Of a stretch of 64,000 nucleotides of DNA, positions 52,505 to 64,000 are shown piece after piece. Source of the DNA: Octopus vulgaris (Eukaryota); assembly GCA_951406725.2 (NCBI GenBank), contig OX597815.1:76570001-76634000 (forward strand). Direction: 5' to 3'. The translations under genes and the position numbers were made by a program. Positions within the stretch are counted from its first letter, which is position 1. The number at the start of each line of letters is the position of its first letter. A model generated the notes under the pieces. That model was given only the letters and a program-made list of their open reading frames with translations, did not search any database and had not been told where the DNA came from.

Positions 52505-53710
52505 TTTTCCGGCGATTATTTGCGTATTTATTGTTAACACGACTAGGTAGACACAAAAATATTCTCGTCGTTGCAGAGTACGTCATAGGAGAATAACTTC
52601 TCCGTTTTATGATGATAGTGCGTTCAACACATTCGGTTCATTGCCACATACATTCTGAGACATCAGTCTTTTGACATGTTACATCTTTCCAGCCAGAAGC
52701 AGTCATAACTCTGAGTTGAAACGAAACTGCTGACTTTGTTTATACTTTCAGCGAACGAATTGTTTGCTGATCGGTGTCTATATCTATCAATCTGTAGCAA
52801 ACTCTAGTGAACTTCCTCTCTCTACTATATATAAATACTTCCGAACGTAGCAGATAACAGCTAACCTTTGGTCCCTGTTTTAGACTCTGTTGTGTCTACC
52901 ACTTTGATTGGTTGGTATTGGCACAATTTGTCTATCGTGCGCCAATATGCAACCCAACCAATCACAGCCTCCAAATAAATCACGTGAGACAGTCTTTTCT
53001 AAAAACTAGTTGAGTCTACCGTAAGTTATAAAAGCTCACCTCTTTCTAGTCTCAACGTCTGTTGGTTCCCGACCTTCTAAGGCTTAACCACTGACCACAT
53101 TGCAGCGACCTCCTTCTTTGTTGCCACCACTGATATCTCTCACCAACGTCGTCAACAACATTTACACAGCACCAACAAACGGCACTGGTTCTAACATATC
53201 TATGTTCGTGAGCTTTCGCCACCAGGGTTAACAGCTAACACACAACCCATGCAGATGCATGTAGACATATGAACAAATGTACATCAACCACTTCCATTCA
53301 GATTATGTATATATACGTGTGACCACAATAAACGTATTTAAAGTTATCACCTTTGTTCCATGTATTTCTTTACCGGGTACCTACCAAATAAGATTACAGC
53401 CTTCTAAGCGGAGTCACATTAGGTGGCTCAACGACAACTTACTTAATTTAAAAATCGATAAAATTTGTTGTTTGTATCGTATACTGCGAGATTTGGAATA
53501 ATTATTTGCATATTTCAGCTGCTTCGTTTAGACCCAGAGTTCCGGTTGTTTCTGGCTGAAGAGATACAATATGTCGAAAAACTGGCGTGCCAGAATGGCG
53601 TACACCGATGAGCCGAATGAGTTGAATACACTGTAGACGTAACAGGAAGGAGTTATTCTCCTATGATGCACACTACAGTGATCAGCATGCAAATAATCTT
53701 TCCAGAGATC
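52505..53710. mobile_element. Diverged inverted repeats of about 200 bp enclosing an LTR-like segment
   Basis: 52570-52735 matches the reverse complement of 53515-53680 (tcataggagaataact, ttcaac.cattcgg.tcat, cagccagaa, aactctg). The internal 52793-~53436 starts TGTA and has TATA and AATAAA motifs. Confidence 0.65.
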
Positions 53711-53799
53711 GCTGTACATGATGCAAATAGCGACTTTTTAATACTTTTTTCCTAGGCTCCGATGATTGTGCCAATTCACTTCCTTTCCGAATCATAACA

Positions 53800-54570
53800 T
53801 AATGGTTTCTGATTGATATAGGCACAAAGCTAGCAGTTCTAAGGGTAGGTGTTAGTAAATACCATCGCCCTCAGTATGTGACTGCTACTTGTTTTATTGA
53901 CTCCGAAAGAATATAAGGCAAAGTTGACTTCAACTGAGTTTGAACTCGGTAAAGAGTCAAAGCAAATAATATAAAGCATTTTCTTCCGACACTAATACGA
54001 TTTTACCAGTTCACTGCGTTTATGTATCCTATAAAAATCTTCTCTAATTTTGGCACAAGGTCTGCAGTTTTACGGGGGATAGGGTAGTCAATTACAAGGA
54101 TCTCCGTTTTAAACTGCTACCTATTCTATCGACCCCGAAAAGATGGAAGCCACAGCCGACCGCGACACAATTTGCGTTCAGAATATAGCAAGTCCGAAGA
54201 AATACTTCAAATTTTCCACCTCTGCGCTAACGATTCTGCCAGCTTACCTCCTTTATATATCCTAGCAATAGTTCCAACATTTAAGTGTTGTATAACATTA
54301 GTATCAAATTTTAATCACAAGGCCAGCAATTTCGAGGTAGAGGGAGTAAGTCGATTACATTGACTCCAGTACTCAACTGGTACTTATTTTATCGACCTCG
54401 AAAGGATGGAAGGCTAAGTGGATCTCGGCGCAATTTGAACTCAGAATGTAAAGACGCGAAATGCTGCTAAGCAGTAAAATGCCGCTAAGCAGACGACATG
54501 CCGGTAAGCAGACGAAATGCTGTTAAGCATTTTACATGGTGTGCTAACGATTCTACTTGCTCGCCACCTT
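53800..54570 (-). mobile_element. Three old SINE family A copies
   Basis: Reverse-complement cores. The last has a 4x ~19-bp internal expansion (aaatgccgctaagcagacg) at about 54458-54530. Confidence 0.8.
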
Positions 54571-55722
54571 TAGTATCATCTAATATTAGAAATGAAATGG
54601 CAGAATAAATCATAGGTTAAAAACTGCAGACGTTCTTTGTTTCTGGAGCAAGACACAGCATTCAAGCATTGCATAGTTATCTGGAATCTGAGCCCGACAT
54701 TCTGGGAAATAGTTTTAGAGTGATAATCTATAGACACATAACTTCCATTGTAAAAGGTCGATTTGTTTTGTTCTATGTATCAGTGCGTGAAAGAAATATA
54801 TATTTTATCGTGTAGCCAGCAATTACTAAAAAATTACTTTTTTGATCAAATCTCCTTGGCTCAAAGTAATCGGTCGCAAATTAGACTAACAGACATTCAC
54901 AAAACAAGATGATCAATGTACAGTATTACATACTTGAATCTCCACGAGGCATTTAAAACAGGTGAAAGGTAACTCAATAAGCCTGTGGCGGTGTCGACAG
55001 CAACAGAGACAGCAACGACGACAAAAACAAAGCAAAAAATAGAGACTGGGAGGAAAGTATCAGGTTGTTCAGTCTTTAGCTGACTAGACGAGCTCAGTGT
55101 GTAACCCACATATACTGTCAGCAACTTTTATTGATTTGAAATAACGATTTCTTACATTAGAACAAGATCACACATTTTATTGATGGGTTTACCGTTATTA
55201 AATTAACGAAAATTTATGTTTTACTTTTCTTTTTAAATCGATTATGGATGAGAGAAAACGAACACGATTCTGCTGGGATTTGATCTCACAACGCAAAGGA
55301 GAGTAACTAAATATATCAACGCATTTAATCCAGAACACTTATGTTTGTGACACTCTATCACTTTATTGATTATTTTTATAGGGCAAAATCTATGGTGTAT
55401 TGGGTCAACCGCTTTATAATTAGCTGTACTTCAGTGCTAAAGGATTTTTCTGAATATGAACACACAGTCGAGGTCTTGGGAAATTAAAGTTGTCGATATT
55501 GAAGGAAATAAAGAAAAGAATTTTGTATCCAACTCTTTCGTGCAGTGGTTCTTAATCTGGGAAGTAGTGTCCCGTTATTGGAGTTTTGAACTTAAAAACG
55601 GACGGCGATTATCAAGAGTTATTATAGGATTGATCGGTGTGCGGAAGAGTCGTGATTCGCCCTAGAAATAAAGTAGATACAAAACTAATATTTGAAACAC
55701 TTTTTAAAAACTAACATTTGTA

Positions 55723-56441
55723 TGTAGGTTACAATATGTAGAGGACATTGTATTATAAGTGATATAACAGACTATATTTTCGTTTGTTGAAGGAAGTGAA
55801 GTTGCTATAGTTAGAATATCCTTCATCACACCTGATTGAAGGAGGAACTCGCGTTAGTTCGCTGCCAGATACCACCCGGCCAGGTCAAGCATGGCCGAGG
55901 ACATCGGCCTGTCTGCACACAGCAGCGTCTGCTTCACGTTTGTTTCGGCTCGCACAGTTCCTTCGAGGGTGCTCATTGCTGAGTGTCCGAGCCGGCTTGC
56001 ATGTTCACTGTAAAAAGATTAGAATGCGCAAAGCGAGTACCACCGGCATACTTACAAAAAACGTGGAATAATGGAAAATGGCTTCATCTGCACGTCATCT
56101 GTTGCTCTCCGTTCACGACGCATAATGATCGAAGGGGGAGTTCAGTACCACTCATATTGCAACGTTAGGGGGTAACTTGGATCGTCGCAAGACGCACTAC
56201 ACTGACGGATTGTGGAAAGCGCGTTTTCTTCGATCAAGAGTGACAGTTGGATGTTCGAAGATGATGAGGTACCGCTGTAGTTCCAACCGTAAACTATGTC
56301 GACTGGCACTCTACTGGCGTTTGTTTCGATGACCTAGCGGGGAGTCTGCTGGGAAAGCCATAGTTGGTGGAGTGATCCATCTAGTTGATTCCGGTAGCTG
56401 TTAGCCAACTGTTATCTGAATAGCAAGCTGGATTACAAACA
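55723..56441. mobile_element. Probable solo LTR
   Basis: GC-richer island with TGT...ACA ends and a candidate 4-bp TSD tgta (55719-55722, 56442-56445). Confidence 0.4.
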
Positions 56442-57417
56442 TGTAAAAGGGAAAACTTGACGCTCTGTCAATTATCAAACCAGATATTTTAAAATTAAAA
56501 TCTCATCAAGCAGAAGGCAGCCGATTAAAAAAGATTAATTATTAAATATTATTTTTGGAATCTCACGATTTGTTGAATTTCATAAAGCATTATACAATCT
56601 GTGCTTTTTTTTTATATCTAAAAGGTAGCCAAATATTGAAATATGTGACACTAACAATGAAGTTAATATTTAGATTTAAATTATAATGTTATTTGTTATA
56701 TATTTTTTTTATTTACACGCACCACACACAAATAAATCTAAATATAATTTCATTATATAAGACCTAGACTTCTGGAATACGAAAATATGGAAAATAAACC
56801 TCTGTGCAAAACATAGGGAGGGTAGTTTGTAAAACGCCATTCGGTGAGTTGAGACATTTGGTTGAAAACTACTGATTCAGTTGGTTTGATATTCGAAGAA
56901 AATTCTCTCACTTCTCAAGTTAACTATAATTCAAATAGAATATTATTTTCTTATTTCAAGCGTTGATGTATTTTGCTGTTTAAGCACATACCAGGCCCAG
57001 TAAAAGGAACAGTCATTCCAATGTATCCATTTTAAGACAGTAGGATGGTGTGGTTTGAAAGTGATTCGGTTGTTATTTCTAACAGTTTGAGTAACCAAAT
57101 AGATGCACACTGTTGACTCAACGGTTTGGTATATCTCCTCATGTTGCAAGAAAGTAAATCGGAAGTGAAGAGGAAAACTCTCCATTCTTCAGTAGAGAAG
57201 TTCTAACATTCTGTATCTGTTGCCGAGTGGATTCAGATTTTGGGTTATAAAAATGAAATTTTGTGTATGCATATATACATGTATGCATTATCGGCAGGTG
57301 TCGAAATTTTGATGAATTTTGGTCAATAACTGATATAAGTTTAAGGGTGTCTAAGTCAATTTTGTGTTTTTCCTGTTTTCCATATTTTCCTTTGGAGTCT
57401 TCCTGTACCACATGTTA

Positions 57418-57448
<31 letters not shown>

Positions 57449-57475
57449 CATACATACATACATACATACATACAC

Positions 57476-58590
<1,115 letters not shown>

Positions 58591-59634
58591 CATACATACT
58601 TACATACATATATGACTATTCTGTTGATCTTTGTCAAAATTTCAAAGCAAAGATCTTGTTTCGAGGTTAGAAACCGACTCTTTCTCTTTCGGTGAGAAAC
58701 TAGTAAAAGAAAACACGAATACAGACATGCATACGTATTTATAAAGGGGTTCCACACAATCCCGCCTATTAGTTTCACTTTACAGGGAAACTAGTTGGCG
58801 GGGATGTCAGTCGCAGAAAAGTTCTTTGTTCGAAGGTTAAGGCAAAATATTCGTCAGTTATAAGTGCTTCTGTAACAAGTTGTACCTATTTATAAGCATG
58901 AAGATTGGGCCACTGAGAGGAAAGCATATTTACCTGGGACACATTAGTGGAAATGTGACTGCCATGTCGAATATCGTAACGACTCAATCAAGTAAAGTTA
59001 ATTTTTAATAACTGGTGTTTACTTTCTAATTTCGGCAAGCATCCTCCGTAAAATGATTGCAAAAACATATTTCTTCCCACTCACTCACTCATAAAAAAAA
59101 CAAAAAACAAAAAAAAACATACAGCTTGATATCGATGCGTTCTTTTCAAGACGCCAATGCAATGAAAGAATAAATTTTCCTCAGAAGAGTGCGGTTTCGA
59201 TGTTAAAACAGTTTATCTAATCACGTGCTTATGAGGCTTCTTTATAAAAAGATAGTTTTTAAGTCTTTAACAATATACCACATGCTTTGTGAGAGTCACG
59301 TGTTGCTGTGAATAATGCTTAATTAATCTACAAGATTTCATTGTTATGTGAATTCGTAAAATTTCCTTGTGCTGAGTGTTTGCCATTTGCTTCAATGCCC
59401 TTTCAACAGAAAAAAAAAAAAAAAAAAAATTTCTTTTTATAACAACAATTAATTGTGCAGCAGACACAACTGAGAATAATAACACTGAATATAGAATAAT
59501 AAGAATTTTATTGTAAATTTTTTTATTGCATAATGTTTTTAATATTTTCTCATTTGCCCTGTGAGAATGTGAGAAAAAAAAAAAACCTGAATTTCATATG
59601 CGCCATGATCTGCATTTCCTTTAAGTTTGGTGTA

Positions 59635-60020
59635 GGCTTCGCTGTACGGTAAAAAGTTTGCTTCTCAACAACATGGTTCCGAGTTTAGCCCTACTGTTTG
59701 GTAGCTTGGGCAAATGTCTCCTACTATAATTACTGACCAAAGTCTTGTAAGTGCATTTGGTAGACGGAAACTAAAAGAAGCCAGTCGTATGTGTGTGTGT
59801 GGGTGTGTGTGTATATACGTTTGCGTATGTCTTTTTGTTTGTTTCCCCTCAGCCCGCTTGACAACCGGTGCTGGAGTGTTTACGTCCCTGTAACTTAGAG
59901 GTTCGTCAAAAGAAATAGAATAAGTACCAGGCTTAAAATCAAAGTACTGCGGTCGATTTGTTCAACAAAAAAATTCTTCAAGGCCGCAGTCTAATGACTG
60001 AAACAAGTAAAAGTTAAAAG
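59635..60020 (+). mobile_element. SINE family B copy, diverged
   Basis: Head, internal (TG)n and gactgaaacaagtaaaag tail. Confidence 0.85.
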
Positions 60021-60870
60021 ATTACTATTATACTCTAATGTTTTCTCCTATAGCTAAGGTACTTCAGTAATATTCTACTTAATTACTTTAAATATTACAG
60101 GCTTTAATGTGCTAGAAATGTTTTTTCTTCATGAATATGCGCTGCTGAAGCTGGGATGCGTCTAATATACCCATGCGTCTTGTATGCCATCAAATATGGT
60201 ATTCCAAGTAGTTGTAGGAAACGTCAAAAGTATACATGTTGTTTCTCGTGAGTGTGACTTTTGGTTATATGAAAAGATAAAGAGAGGGAGAGAGATAGAT
60301 AGGTAATTAGAAAGATAGAGAGATACGTAGAATTAGATAGATAGACATAGAAGAGAGAGAGAGAGAAAGAGGGAGAGAGAGAGAGGGGGAGAAAATGAAG
60401 CGTGAAGGGGGAAGTGTGTGTATGCATGCGCTTTTGCGCATATATAATGAACTGGAGACAACTAAATAAGAATTTCTCTGCTTCATTATCTTTCTAAGGA
60501 AGCCTCAGTAGATGGCTCATTCCCCTTTCAACAGGAACAATATTCTTTTTTTGCAATCTAGAAATAAATGAAAATATTTTGAAAAGTTCATACGCTTAAC
60601 TTTTAAACAAAAACCTGACCTCATGCCAAATATTTGATTATTTCGTCTGAGATTTTGCATGACTTATTCAACAACGATAAACGTAGCTCAGTGACCTAAA
60701 AGAAGTGCGTGTTTTTTTTCTGCTAAATAAATTAGTTACCAAGGTTAGAGTTATGGTTAGATGTAAGCAATATGTGTACCTAAGTATATAATGTATGTAT
60801 GTATGTATGTATGTATGTATGTATGTATGTATGTATGTATGTATGTATGTATGTATGTATGTATGTATGT

Positions 60871-61422
60871 ATTGCCAATAGAGAAAGAACCGATTTCTAA
60901 GCTAGATCCCGGGCTGCTTCATTGGAATTTCAACATCAACAACAGGGTATTTTTGTTTGTATGTATGTTTGTATGTTTCTATGTATGCATGTATGTACGT
61001 ATGCATGTATGTATGTATGTATGTATGTATGTATGTATGTATGTATGTATGTATGTATGTGCAGATTTGTATGTTTTATGCTTGTATTCTCATGCATATA
61101 GTTGCATATCTAGACATGCTCATATATATTTAAATGATAAACTTCTGGAAACTTTTACAGATTTTTACAGTTCTAGTGATGGATCGGATCTGTAGTCTTC
61201 GAATTAAATTTCTCCTTTCTAGTTTAGGCAGTGTATTACATATTCTAGGGCCCCAATAATTATAGGTATAAATCTGAACTTGTAATCTAGATACAGTAAC
61301 TGCAGATTTTTCAATAGTTCAGCATAGGTGTTCTCTTTTTCACTGATCTTCAGCTTTATGTTAACATCCACTGGGCAGCTAATTTCCTCAACTGTGCACA
61401 GGTTCTCTTCTCTATCCCAAAT
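60871..61422 (-). mobile_element. R4/Dong-like RLE retrotransposon 3' fragment
   Basis: IWDREENLCTVEEISCPVDVNIKLKISEKENTYAELLKNLQLLYLDYKFRFIPIIIGAL. The 3' UTR is similar to 58490-58570 and runs into (CATA)n. Confidence 0.85.
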
Positions 61423-61423
61423 T

Positions 61424-61936
61424 GGACTCCCTGCGGGATGAAAAACAAAACCCGTCAAAGGGAAGGGCGGAGGAACTCTTGAGAGTCAACGGCCATCCAA
61501 TGAATGTCTTAAGGCTGTATCATGCGCGGGGACATAGAAATAATCGGACTGATTACCCGGTCACGCGGTTAAACCATTGGGAGTGAAGGACTCCTAGCCT
61601 TTGTTAGGGCATCCTTCTAGGAAAAGGTAATTTAGGTAACTGGGATAACACCGATATAAAACCTGCGGCTCAGTGGCTACCGATGATATTGACTTGTTCT
61701 TCTTTTCGGATTATGGCTGCTGTTGCTTAGTGAGTGGGATTGCACAGCCTTTCCTCACTTTAAAAAAAATCTTCTTGCACAGGCATTGCACGATAACAAC
61801 ATTGATTAAGATTCGTGCAATGGCCATACTCGATAACGAGGGGGCAGCCACCACATGTATGTATGTATGTATGTATGTATGTATGTATGTATGTATGTAT
61901 GTATGTATGTATGTATGTATGTATGTATGTATGTAT
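61424..61936 (+). mobile_element. Short non-coding element with an RTE-derived 3' end
   Basis: 3' end ttcgtgcaatggccatactcgataacgagggggcagccaccacatg(tatg)n matches the reverse complement of 38700-38768. The GC-richer 5' part has no ORF. Confidence 0.8.
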
Positions 61937-61962
61937 GAGGACTGTAGTCAGGATTTCGACCG

Positions 61963-62142
61963 ATGGAGCAAATCAGCTGTATAATTTCTAAGTGGATGTA
62001 GATATATGTGTATATATTATATGTATATGTGTATATGTGTGTATGTGTATATATGGAGCAAATCAGCTGTATAATTTCTAAGTGGATGTAGATATATGTG
62101 TATATATTATATGTATATGTGTATGTGTGTGTATGTGTATAT
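61963..62142. repeat. 90-bp direct tandem duplication
   Basis: atggagcaaatcagctgtataatttctaagtggatgtag... at 61963 and 62053. Confidence 0.95.
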
Positions 62143-62174
62143 ACACACATGTGCGCCCCCCACATGCATATATA

Positions 62175-62404
62175 TTCTTTTATTCTTTAACTTGTTCTAG
62201 TCATTTGACTTCGGCCATGCTGGAGCACCGCCTTAAAAAGTGTTAGTCGAAGAAATCAACCCTAGAACTTATTTTTTTAAAGTTTGTTACTTATTCTATC
62301 GATCATCTTTACTACACCGCTAAGTTACGGGGACATAAACACACCAGCATCGGCTGTCAAGTGATGGCAGAGGCAAAGACGCAGACACACACACACACAC
62401 ACAA

Positions 62405-62467
<63 letters not shown>

Positions 62468-62468
62468 T

Positions 62469-62519
<51 letters not shown>

Positions 62520-62580
62520 ATTATATATATATAAATATATATAAATATAAATATAAATATATATATATATGTATAAACAC

Positions 62581-62669
<89 letters not shown>

Positions 62670-62745
62670 CACATATGACGGGCTTCTTCCACTTACAAGG
62701 CATTGGTTGGGAAGCAAGCTAGTTACCACACACCCACACCTACAT
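62175..62745 (-). mobile_element. SINE family B with expanded internal microsatellite
   Basis: Tail at about 62175-62370, a long (CA)n/(TA)n tract and head remnants at about 62680-62745. Confidence 0.8.
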
Positions 62746-62774
62746 GCATACCTACATAGATGATATATATACAT

Positions 62775-63027
62775 ATCGTAAAATATATTTGCCAACTAAA
62801 TGTGACTGTCCCATAGAGGACGATGTTACTGTTGTTTTTAGGTTCGGGTCTGTGTGTATCGCGTAAGGCTAGAGATGGGAGCGATGACCTCTCCTCGCAG
62901 ATACTAATCGGACACAGATAGGGTGTCGTTAGCCAGATGGAGGAGATGCCTTCCTGGAGCTAAAAACAACAGTAACATCGTCCTCTATGGGACCGCCACA
63001 CTTAGTTGACAAATATATTTTACGATT
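62775..63027. mobile_element. Copy of the 17936 family with an inverted duplication of its 3' end
   Basis: Arms of about 67 bp: atcgtaaaatatatttgccaactaaatgtg...gttactgttgtttttag / ctaaaaacaacagtaac...gttgacaaatatattttacgat. Confidence 0.85.
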
Positions 63028-63074
63028 CCGTACTATTACTGTTTTCCTCTCGTTCGGAGATTTAATATAGCCTA

Positions 63075-63138
<64 letters not shown>

Positions 63139-63350
63139 TAAAACCTTCATATATCCGTGTGTGTGTGTGTGTGTGTGTATCATATACACATATATGTAAC
63201 CAAAGGGAACTTGAAACGACTCATTCGAACTCTTCATGGCTATGTATATATGTGTGTGTATATATGTCTGTATCTTTGTATATCTATGTAAATGTACGTA
63301 CGTACGTATGTATGTATGTATGTATGTATGTATGTATGTATGTATGTATG

Positions 63351-63381
<31 letters not shown>

Positions 63382-63781
63382 GCATGCAAATATATGTGCA
63401 TGAATGTATGTACATTTTGTATATATGTCCATATGTATGTGTGCATGCTTGCACGTATGTATGTGTGTTTTAGTTATATTTTTCAAATTTAAACACCATC
63501 AATTGGTTAGGCGTGGTGTATGTCTCCTGTATATATGTATGCAATATTGCCTTAGTACAAGAGTCATGGCAAATCCGACTGTGACATTCTGCCCAGTTAT
63601 ATGCCACAGGTAGTAATATACAGCTCGACGTAAACTGGTCCACTACTTGCATTTAGCGTGATCATTTTCTGAATTACCAATCACGTCTATCTTTCACTCA
63701 GGACATTCCTTGGTTTCTCGAAGAACTAGTAACTAATATCTTCGATTGAAAAAATTCTGCATTTTAAAATTTTCTTATTTC

Positions 63782-63870
63782 TCTCTTTCCGACGACTGAA
63801 TACTTAGCCTATGTTTACTAAATAACAAATGATTCTCATTCTTAGCTATTCTAGAAACAGCTGTAAGAGA
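63782..63870 (+). ncRNA. Degenerate hammerhead motif with long helix II
   Basis: tctct..CCGACGA-ct-gaata...tattc-ta-GAAAC-AGCT-GTA-agaga. Confidence 0.5.
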
Positions 63871-64000
63871 CGTTACGTATTTATTATACCTACTTGCATT
63901 ATGTTTATATTATAAATTAAATGTTCTAGAGTGATGCCAAATGTTTTGCTTGCTCATTATCTGTTTTAACACACACACATGCATACACACAGACTCAGAC

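Noticed and set aside
52793-53436. Solo LTR with defined ends
   Set aside because: It has a TG start and TATA/AATAAA motifs, but I found no matching TSD, so it is kept only as LTR-like.

Overview
AT-rich eukaryotic DNA that is almost entirely repeats. The SINE families and the dense (TA)n, (CA)n, (TATG)n and (TATC)n tracts look most like a coleoid cephalopod (octopus) genome; this is inference. I found no intact host gene. Most ORF-track entries are translated microsatellites. The rest are decayed transposon ORFs: two Helitron PIF1-helicase relics, mariner, Tc1, DD37D/maT and pogo transposases, a 3 kb RTE LINE, two R4/Dong-like RLE fragments and an ORF1-only L1/Tx1-like element. Also present are four GG-ended MITEs with 8-bp TSDs, probable solo LTRs, foldback elements and many tRNA-derived SINEs. 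The most striking signal is about ten type I hammerhead ribozyme motifs in several unrelated short repeats. One, at 45071-45154 on the minus strand, has an intact core. Most have short palindromic helix III, sit beside (TA)n tracts and are often fold-back inverted, the signature of Penelope-like or retrozyme elements. Two possible target preferences also stand out: the ORF1-only element inserted into a SINE head, and R4-like elements inserted into (CATA)n, which is also the RTE tail repeat. Everything was read by eye; no searches or folding were run.
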